Source of the DNA: Mycolicibacterium smegmatis
GTDB taxonomy: Bacteria > Actinomycetota > Actinomycetes > Mycobacteriales > Mycobacteriaceae
NCBI RefSeq assembly: GCF_001457595.1
Contig: NZ_LN831039.1
Location: 780,001 to 812,000, forward strand
Direction of reading: 5' to 3'
Length of the DNA: 32,000 bases
Position 1 is the stretch's first letter, and each line of letters starts with the position of its first letter. The translations under genes and the position numbers were made by a program. Positions 9,035-17,705 of this stretch are shown here, piece by piece. Below the pieces are notes generated by a model. It was not told where the DNA came from, did not search any database, and saw nothing but the letters and a program-made list of their open reading frames with translations.

Positions 9035-9976
9035 ATGGATCATGAATGGGAATGCGTCGTCGTCGGTGGTGGAGCGGCGGGGCTCAGTGCTGCGCTGGTG
9101 CTAGCGCGGGCCCGGCGGCGGACGCTGCTGATCGACGCCGGAGAGCCGAGCAACGGCGTGGCCCCGGCCATCGGCGGTCTGCTCGGCCACGACCGCCGGC
9201 CACCACACGAGCTGTATGCGCAGGGGCGTCGCGAACTCGCCGCCTATCCCACTTTCACATTCCGTGAAGGGTGCGTCGTCCGCGGCGCCCCGGCCGACGG
9301 CGGGTCGGTGCGCGACCTGGACGACGGCTCGCAGGTGACGGCCAAGCGGGTGCTGCTCGCCACCGGTATGCAGTACTGCCCGCCGTCCCTGCCCGGCATG
9401 GACAAGTTTTGGGGGACAACGGTTTTCCAGTGCCCGTTCTGCCACGCCTGGGAGTTGCGCGACCAGCGGCTGGCCACGCTCGCGGCCGGCGCAGAAGGCG
9501 TCAACACCGCCCTCATGCTGCGTGGCTGGAGCGACGACGTCGTACTGCTCACCGATGGTCCGTCGGACCTGTCGTCCGGCGACCGGAGTCTGCTGGACAA
9601 CGCCAAGGTGACCATCGACGAGCGCCGCATCGCCGAACTGCTGGGGCAGGACGGTCAACTGACCGCGATCGCGTTCTCCGACGGCACCCGCCTGGAACGC
9701 GACGGACTGCTGGTCGAGGCGCCGCTGCGGCAACGCTCCGAACTCGCGAGTCAACTCGGCGCACAGTGCGCCGCAGGAGAGCTCGCGTCAGACGCCATCG
9801 ACGTCGACGAGATGCACCGCACCACGGTGCACTCGGTCTTCGCGGCCGGTGACACGTGCACCGAGGAACCCTCCGTCGCGTCGGCGATCGCCGCGGGCTC
9901 GCAGGCCGCGAAGATCATCGTGCAGAGCCTGTTCGCCGACGAGTTCGGCCTGCCGTACCCGCCCGGATCGAACTAG
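9035..9976 (+). CDS. NAD(P)/FAD-dependent oxidoreductase, thioredoxin-reductase-like
   Basis: CVVVGGGAAGLSAALVLARARRRTLLIDAGEP; redox motif CPFCHAWE; C-terminal VFAAGDTCTEEPSVASAIAAGSQAAKII. Confidence 0.9.
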   Translation: MDHEWECVVVGGGAAGLSAALVLARARRRTLLIDAGEPSNGVAPAIGGLLGHDRRPPHELYAQGRRELAAYPTFTFREGCVVRGAPADGGSVRDLDDGSQVTAKRVLLATGMQYCPPSLPGMDKFWGTTVFQCPFCHAWELRDQRLATLAAGAEGVNTALMLRGWSDDVVLLTDGPSDLSSGDRSLLDNAKVTIDERRIAELLGQDGQLTAIAFSDGTRLERDGLLVEAPLRQRSELASQLGAQCAAGELASDAIDVDEMHRTTVHSVFAAGDTCTEEPSVASAIAAGSQAAKIIVQSLFADEFGLPYPPGSN

Positions 9977-10551
9977 TTCCGCCGGTTGCGCAGGCGCGCG
10001 GCGAGGGTGCCGCCGCCGCGCACCACCGCGACCCCGAACAGAATCCACGGCCCCGCCACCAGGATCGGATCGATCCACGTGTGGCTGAGGTCGGTGCGCT
10101 TGCGGCCCACCCGCGAGCTGAAGCCTTTGTGGGTGAACTCGCTCTTGACGCCGGTCTCGGTGATGGGGTTGTCGGGACGCAGCGTGAACATCGAGGCGAG
10201 ATGGTGCTCGATGGCGTCGACCCGGTCGGCGCCGAGCAGCAGCAGCCAGTGCGCGGCCCTGGTCTCGCTGTACTTCGCATAGGCGTGTCTGCGGATCGCA
10301 CCGGACAGGCCTTTGAGCGGCGCCGCGGTGCCGAACACCGGGGTGAGCATCTTGTGTTCGATGGACCGTTCGCGCGGCCGGTTCTCCGGTTGCAGGTCGG
10401 GGAACTCCCAGTGCGCCTCCGGGAGCGGGACCGGCGCACTCGCCTCCTGATCTGACGGCGGCTGCGGTGGGAGGTCCACACCCCATCCGGGGATACGCGC
10501 GCGGAGCACGTCGCTGTCGGGGCGGATGGGTCCTTGTGCGGTGTAAGCCAT
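9973..10551 (-). CDS. Conserved hypothetical protein with C-terminal hydrophobic segment
   Basis: ATG at 10551 (MAYTAQGPIRPDSDVLRARIPGWGVDLPP...) to 9973; C-terminal SHTWIDPILVAGPWILFGVAVVRGGGTLAARLRNRRN. The longer ORF in the track (to 11436) overlaps the well-supported ADH gene. Confidence 0.75.
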   Translation of the reverse strand: MAYTAQGPIRPDSDVLRARIPGWGVDLPPQPPSDQEASAPVPLPEAHWEFPDLQPENRPRERSIEHKMLTPVFGTAAPLKGLSGAIRRHAYAKYSETRAAHWLLLLGADRVDAIEHHLASMFTLRPDNPITETGVKSEFTHKGFSSRVGRKRTDLSHTWIDPILVAGPWILFGVAVVRGGGTLAARLRNRRN

Positions 10552-10562
10552 GAGAGTCCTTG

Positions 10563-11711
10563 TCAGCTGGCGGTAGGGACGATGATCGGCTTGATGCAGT
10601 CGTCGAGCTTGGCGGAGAAGATGTGGTAGCCCTCTGCGATGTGTTCCAGCGGGATCCGGTGGGTGACAATGTCGTTGGGCTTCAGATAACCGTTCTTGAT
10701 GTGTGACAGCAGCCGCGGCCACTCGCGCTTGACCGGGCACTGGTTCATCCGCAGGGTCAGGCCCTTGTTGAATGCATCGCCGAATTTCACCGCACTGAAC
10801 ATGGGGCCGTAGGCGCCGACCACCGATACGGTGCCGCCCTTTCGCACCGAATCGATCGCCCAGTTCAACGCGATCGGAGACCCGCCCTGCAGTTTCAGCT
10901 TCGTCGCCGTGACGTGCTGTAAGAAGTTGCCGTCGGCCTCGGCGCCCGCGGCGTCGATCGCGACGTCGGCCCCGAGATGATCGGTGGTCCTCTTCATCTT
11001 CACCACGATGTCGTCGCAGTCGACGAAGTTGATGGTCTCGGCGTGGGCGAACGTGCGTGCCTTCTCCAACCGGTACTCCAGGTGGTCGATGACGATCACC
11101 CGGCCCGCGCCCATCAGCCACGCCGACTTCGCGGCGAACAGGCCCACCGGGCCCGCGCCGAACACCACGACAGTGTCTCCCTCGGCGATGTTGCCGAGTT
11201 GTGCGCCGAAATACCCGGTGGCCAGGGCGTCGGTGAGCAGCAGCGCGTCCTCGTCGTCGAGCCAGTCGGGGATGATCGACGGGCCGACGTCGGCGAACGG
11301 CACCCGCACGAACTCGGCCTGGCCGCCGTCGTACCCGCCGCACGTGTGGGAATAGCCGTAGATGCCGCCGACCGCGGTGGCGTTCGGGTTCACGTTGTGG
11401 CAGTTGGAGTACAGCCCGCGGGCGCAGAAGTAACACGATCCGCAGAAGATGTTGAACGGCACCATGACCCGGTCACCCACGGAAAGGTTCTGCACCGAGG
11501 GCCCGACTTTCTCGACGACACCGATGAATTCGTGTCCGAACGTCGTGCCCACGCGGGTGTCGGGCATCATGCCGTGATAGAGGTGCAGATCCGATCCGCA
11601 GATCGCGGCTTTGGTGACCCGGACGATGGCATCGTTGGGATGCTCGATCGCGGGAATCGGTTTGTCTTCCAAGCGGATCTTGTACGGTCCGCGATACACC
11701 ATGGCTCGCAT
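10563..11711 (-). CDS. Zinc-dependent alcohol dehydrogenase family (S-(hydroxymethyl)glutathione/formaldehyde dehydrogenase-like)
   Basis: AAICGSDLHLYHG...GTTFGHEFIG; structural Zn cysteines CGSCYFCARGLYSNC; Rossmann VVFGAGPVGLFAA; GGGAG-type SD just upstream of ATG at 11711. Confidence 0.93.
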   Translation of the reverse strand: MRAMVYRGPYKIRLEDKPIPAIEHPNDAIVRVTKAAICGSDLHLYHGMMPDTRVGTTFGHEFIGVVEKVGPSVQNLSVGDRVMVPFNIFCGSCYFCARGLYSNCHNVNPNATAVGGIYGYSHTCGGYDGGQAEFVRVPFADVGPSIIPDWLDDEDALLLTDALATGYFGAQLGNIAEGDTVVVFGAGPVGLFAAKSAWLMGAGRVIVIDHLEYRLEKARTFAHAETINFVDCDDIVVKMKRTTDHLGADVAIDAAGAEADGNFLQHVTATKLKLQGGSPIALNWAIDSVRKGGTVSVVGAYGPMFSAVKFGDAFNKGLTLRMNQCPVKREWPRLLSHIKNGYLKPNDIVTHRIPLEHIAEGYHIFSAKLDDCIKPIIVPTAS

Positions 11712-11802
11712 ACGGTCTCCCTAGATCTGTGCCATCGAAAAATGTGGCGCCATCCGGAGGTACCCCGCGCGCAGCCGCTGAAACGGCCGGTGTCAGATCG
11801 GC

Positions 11803-12456
11803 TCAGGCGCAATCGTGCTGGGCACGGATGTGCCTGGGCACCGACCGACGGCTTTCGATGACGGCGACAGCGTCGAGGTGGTGACGCGGCAGCGGGATGG
11901 CCTGGGCCTTGTCGGTGACCGGGCGCGTGGTGGCCTTGCGACGCCTGCGCGACCGCCGGGGTGCGAAGATCTGCGACGCGTGCTCGGCGATCAACAGGCC
12001 GGCGGCCAGGGTCGCGTCGTCGAGGGCGCCGATCTGGTTGGAGTAGAGATTCAACGTGGCGCTCGCGGTGCCGTGCCCGGTGAGCGGCAGTTGCAGCATC
12101 GACCGGATGGGCGTCGCCGCGACCGCGCGCGCCGTGAACTCCGGCCAGCGGGTCTCGGCAGTCAGGTCGTCGATCACAGTCACGTGCCCGTCGGCCGTGA
12201 ACGAGGGGCCGTCGCCGCAGTGGCGTTGGATTTTGTCGAGGACCAGCGGGTGGCCGTTGGTGGCGGCCAGCGAGCGGATCACGCCGTGCTTGCCCAGAAG
12301 CGTGACGCCCGCGTGATGGACGGAAGGCAGTTCATCCACGGCGGCCATCGTGATCCGGGCCAAGATCACATACGGGTCAGGGTCAGCGGATGTGCGGACG
12401 AGCTCCGCGAAAGCCGCTTCGATTCGTGCGGTGTCAATCCCGCCATGGCCGGACAC
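11803..12456 (-). CDS. GAF domain-containing protein
   Basis: GTG at 12456 (VSGHGGIDTARIEAAFAELVRTSADPDPYVILARITMAAVDELPSVHHAGVTLL...) with GAF-like SMLQLPLTGHGTASATLNLYSNQIGALDD. The longer upstream extension in the ORF track is not supported. Confidence 0.8.
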   Translation of the reverse strand: MSGHGGIDTARIEAAFAELVRTSADPDPYVILARITMAAVDELPSVHHAGVTLLGKHGVIRSLAATNGHPLVLDKIQRHCGDGPSFTADGHVTVIDDLTAETRWPEFTARAVAATPIRSMLQLPLTGHGTASATLNLYSNQIGALDDATLAAGLLIAEHASQIFAPRRSRRRRKATTRPVTDKAQAIPLPRHHLDAVAVIESRRSVPRHIRAQHDCA

Positions 12457-12623
12457 AGAACCTCCAAGAGAACTCGCTGCACAGCTGCGAACAGCAGCGG
12501 ATCTGTAGTACCCGCGGTGGGGACGGCCAAACGCGGTCGGAGGTGAAAATTGGAACGCGAGTACGACAACGGTGCCGCTGCCATCGGGCAGCGGCACCGT
12601 GTCAGTGCCGTCCGGGTGCCGTC

Positions 12624-13166
12624 CTAGTGCTGCGGGCCGGGCATCGCAGGCTGGCCGGGCGCCGGTGCGCCTGCGGGAGCCGGTCCGGTCGGCTGGCCCT
12701 TGCCGCCGAGGCCGGACATCTCCAGCAGCGGTGCGCCCGCGGCGGCAGGCGCGATGGGGCCGGCGGCAGCAGCGATCGGTGCGGCCGCGATCGGCGGCAC
12801 GCCCGCGGGCGGGACGACGGGCGGCACCGGGGGAACCGGCGGGGCCAGCGGCGGCGGGACGACCGGCGGGACCACCGGGGGCGGTGCGACCGGGACGGGC
12901 GGCACGGGCCCGGGCGGGGCCAACGGCACCCCTGCCGCCATCTCGCTGATCGGTGCGGCCGCGCACGCCGCGCCGACAGGTGCAGCGGCTGCGCCCGCGG
13001 GAGCGCCCGCCGCGCCCACCGTGCCCGCCTGCTCGTGCAGACACGCGTCGCCGCCGGTGACCAGCGGCGTGACGGCCGACGCGACTGGGCTCAAGACCAG
13101 AGCGACCCCACATACCGCAGCCCCCGCAGCAACCGCTCCGCAGTTGAATCGATCAAAGATCGCCAT
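12624..13166 (-). CDS. Exported Pro/Ala/Gly-rich protein (low complexity)
   Basis: Signal-peptide-like MAIFDRFNCGAVAAGAAVCGVALVLSPVASAVTP followed by a PPVPPVV/AAAPIAA-rich region; AAGGAG SD upstream of ATG at 13166. Confidence 0.75.
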   Translation of the reverse strand: MAIFDRFNCGAVAAGAAVCGVALVLSPVASAVTPLVTGGDACLHEQAGTVGAAGAPAGAAAAPVGAACAAAPISEMAAGVPLAPPGPVPPVPVAPPPVVPPVVPPPLAPPVPPVPPVVPPAGVPPIAAAPIAAAAGPIAPAAAGAPLLEMSGLGGKGQPTGPAPAGAPAPGQPAMPGPQH

Positions 13167-13489
13167 GGACGTTGACTCCTTCATTCGTGCTCAAACAAAT
13201 CAGCGATGGTGTTGCGCAGCAAAAGTGCTCAACCCCGCTGAAGTCGGGTTTAATCGACTGCGTTAATTGTCGGCAGTCGTTGCGCAAGACGACACGCGGC
13301 GCACCGCATCGTTTCCGAACAGTGATGTTCGGCGTTGCCGGGCAACGGATATCGGATACAGCAACCATGCTGCGTCGCGGCGCGCGCGTCGTCACCCGGT
13401 GAGCCGCACCAGGCACGGTCGGGCGAAAGACATTGTGTGGCAACGGGATAGTGGCCCGCGCCACGCGGGGGTGGGCATACACGTCGGCG

Positions 13490-14506
13490 CTACTCCTGGA
13501 CGATGATCGGATCGCCGACGTTGACCGCGTCGAAGTACCATTCCGCGTCGGTGACGCTCAAACCGATGCAACCGTGGCTCACGTTTTCATAACCGATCGA
13601 GTTTTCGGCCCATGGCGCCGGGTGGACGAAAAGCCCGCGGCGTGTGAAGCGCACGGCGTGGTCCACGTCGATGAGGTAACCGTCTGCCGCGTCGATCGGA
13701 ATGCCCACGCTGCTCGAATCCATGGTCACCGAGCCCTCTTTGGCCAGCACGGTGTACTTGCCGACCGGCGTCGGGTATTCGGGCCTGCCCATCGTGGCAG
13801 GCAGGACGCCCGGTTTGCCCCAGTGCAGGCGATGGTGCGGCGAGGGCAACGGCGGACCGGGCGGGATGTCCGGTGTGGGCGTCATGCCCGGAATCGCCAG
13901 GGCCTCAGGCTCTTCCGGCTCCGGGGGTTCCGGCGCGGCGGTTTTGGCCGGCACGCGCACCATCACCTCGGGCATGCGTGGATCGTCCTGGGCCGCATTC
14001 ACGCGCACCGGGACCTCGGGATTGGGTTCGGGTGCTTGTTCCGGCGGGGGTTCCGGTGCCTGCTCCGGTGGTCCGGCGGGGACCCCGTCGATCGTCACCA
14101 CGAACGTCTTGTCGGAGATGTCGGCGACGGCGACGACGGCCGGTCCGGTCTTGAACTGCAACGGAATGTTGCCGACCGACAGTGCCACGGTGCTGTGGGC
14201 CGGCCAGTAGTCGTCCGGAACCCATTGCACCACATTGTCTTCGACCCACTCGAACGAACCCTTCACCTCGGGGTGGGTCTTGATGCCGATGGCGCGTTCG
14301 GCCATGCGGCGGTCGGTGACCGGTGTCGTGAAGGTCACCACGATGGGATGCCCGATGCCCACGACCGCACCCGGCGTCGGTTCGACCGACGCGATGGCAG
14401 TGCGGTAGGACTGATTCGCGGCGGCGAGATTGACGTCCACCGGTGCGAGACCGACACCGGCGGAGATCCCGACTGCCGCGAGGGCACCCCATAAGACCAC
14501 GCGCAT
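13490..14506 (-). CDS. L,D-transpeptidase (YkuD/ErfK domain) with N-terminal Ig-like domain and internal Pro/Glu-rich segment
   Basis: ATG at 14506 with hydrophobic leader; YPTPVGKYTV, MDSS, and catalytic FVHPAPWAENSIGYENVSHGCIGLS (H-X14-SHGC). Confidence 0.92.
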   Translation of the reverse strand: MRVVLWGALAAVGISAGVGLAPVDVNLAAANQSYRTAIASVEPTPGAVVGIGHPIVVTFTTPVTDRRMAERAIGIKTHPEVKGSFEWVEDNVVQWVPDDYWPAHSTVALSVGNIPLQFKTGPAVVAVADISDKTFVVTIDGVPAGPPEQAPEPPPEQAPEPNPEVPVRVNAAQDDPRMPEVMVRVPAKTAAPEPPEPEEPEALAIPGMTPTPDIPPGPPLPSPHHRLHWGKPGVLPATMGRPEYPTPVGKYTVLAKEGSVTMDSSSVGIPIDAADGYLIDVDHAVRFTRRGLFVHPAPWAENSIGYENVSHGCIGLSVTDAEWYFDAVNVGDPIIVQE

Positions 14507-14708
14507 TGGCTTCCGATTTCCCTCGTAAATTACAAGTTTGTCAATAAGGATGGTAGGGGTCCGGGGACTCATCGAAAGCTCTCGTGCACAAGCAATTCGG
14601 TCAAAGAATCATCACGGTTTGAGCACGACCTGCGAGATGGCGCCATTCGCCCAGGTGGGCCTCAGGTCGGTGCGGATACTTGGGCCGACGGCAGGGCGGT
14701 TACGGCGG

Positions 14709-15926
14709 TTACGTCGTGACCAGTTCGAGACGTGCGAGCCGGCGCACCAGCAGGCTCGGCAGCCACGGACCGGTGTCGCCGGCCGTGATGTTCTCGGTGC
14801 TGTGCAGCAGATGACGCAGCACCACCAGGGCCTCCAGGCGCGCGAGGGCCGCGCCGACACAGAAGTGCGTGCCCTTGCCGAAGCTGAGATGACCTTTCGC
14901 GCCGGAGCGGTCCAGGCGGAACTCGTCGGGAGCGTCGAAATGCGACGGGTCACGGTTTGCCGCGCCCCACAACAGCAGCAGGCGCGACCCGGCCGGGAGG
15001 TCGACGCCGCCCAGTGTGGTGTCGCGGACCACGTGGCGGTAGTGGCCGCGGAACGGCGGTTCGTACCGCAGCACCTCTTCGACAAACGCGCCGAGTAGTT
15101 CGGGTTGCGCACGCACCTGTTCCTGGATGTCGGGACGGCTCGCCAAAATCCAAGCGGCCGAACCGATCAGAGAAGCCGTGGACTCACCGCCCGCGCTGAA
15201 GAGGATGATCATCATGGACTGTGCGGTGAGCTCTTCCATCTCGCCCGTCGCGCATGCTGTGGCGAGGTCACCGAGCAGATTGTCCTGCGGGTCCTGTGCC
15301 GCGTGCCGGAACTGGTCGGTGATGTAGCCGGCGAGTTCCATCACGGCCACGGTGGCCTGTGTGAGTTGATCCTGGCCGACCAGACCCTCGACCACCTGGG
15401 TGGCCGAATAGCCCCACCGGACCAGCTTGTCGACGTCGGCGTCGGGCACACCGATGAGGCGTCCGACGATCATCATCGGCAGCCGGTTGGCCACGGCACT
15501 CATCCACTCGATGTGACCGTCGTGAAGATGGCTGTGCCACAGACTGTTCGCTGTTTCGAGGATGAACGGTTCGAAGGACCGGATGCGCCTGGCTGCCAGT
15601 TGCGGCAGCAGTGCCTTGCGGTGCGCGGTGTGGGCGGGCTCGTCGGCGGTGGCCAGCACGTGGCTCTTGCCGCCCAGGCCCTCCATCTCGAAGGCGCCCA
15701 CGGTGCCGTCGGCCTGATAGGTCATCGTCGCGGTCAGGTTCGAGCTGAAGTCCTCGGGCCGCGCGATGGCGTCGTTGACCGCGTCCCAGCCGCACACCGC
15801 GTAAAAGCCGGAGTCGGCGATGGGATGGACCGGAGCGGTGTCGAGCATCCGCCGATACAGCGGATACGGGTCCTGGATGCACTCCGGGTGGAACAACGCG
15901 AGGCCGAGACCCTCCGGTGGCGTCAT
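14709..15926 (-). CDS. Cytochrome P450
   Basis: I-helix FSAGGESTASL, K-helix EEVLR, heme-binding FGKGTHFCVGAALARLE; 405 aa. Confidence 0.95.
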   Translation of the reverse strand: MTPPEGLGLALFHPECIQDPYPLYRRMLDTAPVHPIADSGFYAVCGWDAVNDAIARPEDFSSNLTATMTYQADGTVGAFEMEGLGGKSHVLATADEPAHTAHRKALLPQLAARRIRSFEPFILETANSLWHSHLHDGHIEWMSAVANRLPMMIVGRLIGVPDADVDKLVRWGYSATQVVEGLVGQDQLTQATVAVMELAGYITDQFRHAAQDPQDNLLGDLATACATGEMEELTAQSMMIILFSAGGESTASLIGSAAWILASRPDIQEQVRAQPELLGAFVEEVLRYEPPFRGHYRHVVRDTTLGGVDLPAGSRLLLLWGAANRDPSHFDAPDEFRLDRSGAKGHLSFGKGTHFCVGAALARLEALVVLRHLLHSTENITAGDTGPWLPSLLVRRLARLELVTT

Positions 15927-16065
15927 GCATCCAAAGGTGACCGGCGCCGTGATCTCCCGTCAACGGCTCCCGGCGAAGTTGAAACCGACCCCGTCGGGGT
16001 TGTTGCGACGGCGTCTCACGCGAGGCGGCGTACCTGCGTTGACGCTGAGAACTTTCTATGTATTT

Positions 16066-16081
16066 GTCTCAAGTCTGAGAC
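16066..16081. promoter_or_regulatory. Candidate operator of the divergent TetR regulator
   Basis: GTCTCA-agtc-TGAGAC perfect 6-bp inverted repeat between the divergent P450 and TetR genes. Confidence 0.6.
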
Positions 16082-16111
16082 GATGCGGAAACTCGTACGA
16101 AGGGGGTGCGC

Positions 16112-16648
16112 ATGGCTGACTGGCTTCTGGGCGGTGAGCGCCGCACCGCGGCGGCCGAGCGCATCTACGCCGCGGCCACCGAACTCGTGCTGCGCGACGG
16201 CCTGGACGCTCTGGACATCGACACCCTGGCGGCGCGTGTGCACTGCTCGCGCGCCACCGTCTACCGCTACGCGGGAGGCAAGGCGCAGATCCGCGATGCC
16301 GTGCTGCTGCGGCTGGCGGCAAGCATCGTCGACTCGGTGCGCCAAGCCGTCGAGCACCTCAGCGGCCGTGAACGCGTGGTCAAGGCCGTCACCGTCGCGC
16401 TGGAGCACATCCGGTCCGACCCGATACGGCAGATGATGGTCGGCCTGGGCGCGGGTCGTGATCTGAGCGAGCTTCCGGCCTCCCCGGTGCTGGCCGATCT
16501 GTCGGCCGAACTCACCGGCGTGACCGACGACCCGCAGGCCGCCCAGTGGATCGTGCGCGTCGTGATGTCCCTGGCCGTCTGGCCGATCGGGGATCCCGCG
16601 TCCGAAGCGGCCTTGGTCGAACGGTTCGTGGCGCCTGCGTTCGAGTGA
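16112..16648 (+). CDS. TetR/AcrR family transcriptional regulator
   Basis: MADWLLGGERRTAAAERIYAAATELVLRDGLDALDIDTLAARVHCSRATVYRYAGGKAQIRDAVLLR HTH. Start at 16106 or 16112. Confidence 0.92.
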   Translation: MADWLLGGERRTAAAERIYAAATELVLRDGLDALDIDTLAARVHCSRATVYRYAGGKAQIRDAVLLRLAASIVDSVRQAVEHLSGRERVVKAVTVALEHIRSDPIRQMMVGLGAGRDLSELPASPVLADLSAELTGVTDDPQAAQWIVRVVMSLAVWPIGDPASEAALVERFVAPAFE

Positions 16649-16652
16649 GACG

Positions 16653-16726
16653 TGGAGCCGGTGACGGGAATCGAACCCGCGTATTCAGCTTGGGAAGCTG
16701 ATGTTCTGCCATTGAACTACACCGGC
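16653..16726 (-). tRNA. tRNA-Gly(CCC), CCA apparently encoded
   Basis: Reverse complement GCCGGTGTAGTTCAATGGCAGAACATCAGCTTCCCAAGCTGAATACGCGGGTTCGATTCCCGTCACCGGCTCCA: 7-bp acceptor stem, anticodon arm TCAGC-TTCCCAA-GCTGA, T-arm GGGTTCGATTCCC. Confidence 0.95.
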
Positions 16727-16843
16727 ACGGTGCGGACGAAGGATAGCAACTCGGCCTACGAAGGGGATAGCCGCGGGTAGTGAGGCGGCGTGTGGCACCC
16801 GGATGGGGGTTCCTGAGCACACCGTGACCGATACTCTCGTCGG

Positions 16844-17413
16844 GTGCTGCTTTCCGATCGTGACATCCGGGCCGAGATCGCCGCGAAACGACTGGCCCTC
16901 GAGCCGTTCGACGATGCCCTGGTGCAGCCGTCGAGCGTCGATGTGCGGCTCGACCGCATGTTCCGGGTGTTCAACAACACCCGGTACACGCACATCGACC
17001 CCGCGATGCAGCAGGACGAACTGACCACGCTGGTCGAACCGGCCGAGGGCGAGCCGTTCGTCCTGCATCCGGGGGAATTCGTGCTGGGGTCGACGCTGGA
17101 GCTGTGCACGCTGCCCGACGACCTGGCCGGCCGGTTGGAGGGCAAGTCGTCGCTCGGGCGCCTGGGCCTGCTGACGCACTCGACCGCGGGCTTCATCGAT
17201 CCGGGGTTCTCCGGGCACATCACCCTGGAGCTGTCGAACGTCGCGAACCTGCCCATCACGTTGTGGCCGGGGATGAAGATCGGGCAGCTGTGCCTGCTGC
17301 GGCTCACCAGCCCGGCCGAGAATCCGTACGGCAGCGCCGCGGTGGGGTCGAAATACCAGGGGCAGCGTGGGCCGACGCCGTCGCGCTCGCACCTCAACTT
17401 CATCAAGTCCTGA
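16844..17413 (+). CDS. dcd: dCTP deaminase (dUMP-forming type)
   Basis: [23 protein letters not shown]...[10 protein letters not shown]...[37 protein letters not shown]...; 189 aa; GTG start. Confidence 0.96.
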   Translation: MLLSDRDIRAEIAAKRLALEPFDDALVQPSSVDVRLDRMFRVFNNTRYTHIDPAMQQDELTTLVEPAEGEPFVLHPGEFVLGSTLELCTLPDDLAGRLEGKSSLGRLGLLTHSTAGFIDPGFSGHITLELSNVANLPITLWPGMKIGQLCLLRLTSPAENPYGSAAVGSKYQGQRGPTPSRSHLNFIKS

Positions 17414-17705
17414 CGCGCGCCTGCCGTGTGAACGGTGAGACGCAAGTGAATTGGCGAACGTGGGATATCCCTCAAAGCGGATGAACTGATCCGCGCCGGG
17501 CGTCGTATAGCCGAGTAGGGTCGAAAAGTACCGACGTCGGTAGTGAGCAGCAGTGGGGGTCCGACCGGAACTGAAGCGTGTCAGCTAACGCGTTCGGGTG
17601 TAACGAATGCGCCGGCTGCATCGATGAAGTTTCTAGTTGTCGGCTCGTGCGGACTGCGCGCAAATTGGCGACTTGGGCAGTGCAGCAAACACTTTGGAGG
17701 GCATA

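Noticed and set aside
9973-11436. 487-aa minus-strand ORF
   Set aside because: Only the part from the ATG at 10551 is credible; the upstream extension overlaps the Zn-alcohol dehydrogenase in a different frame.
11803-13113. 436-aa minus-strand ORF and the 12390-13175 plus-strand ORF
   Set aside because: Upstream extension of the GAF protein overlaps the exported Pro/Ala-rich gene; the plus-strand ORF is its low-complexity antisense shadow.
14521-14536. CTCGTAAATTACAAG imperfect dyad upstream of the L,D-transpeptidase
   Set aside because: Six of seven pairs match and the element is AT-rich, but it overlaps the promoter/SD area and could easily be chance; not enough evidence to call an operator.
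15105-16436. 443-aa plus-strand ORF over the P450 gene and into the TetR gene
   Set aside because: Antisense to the P450 and overlapping the better-supported TetR frame; no domain signature.
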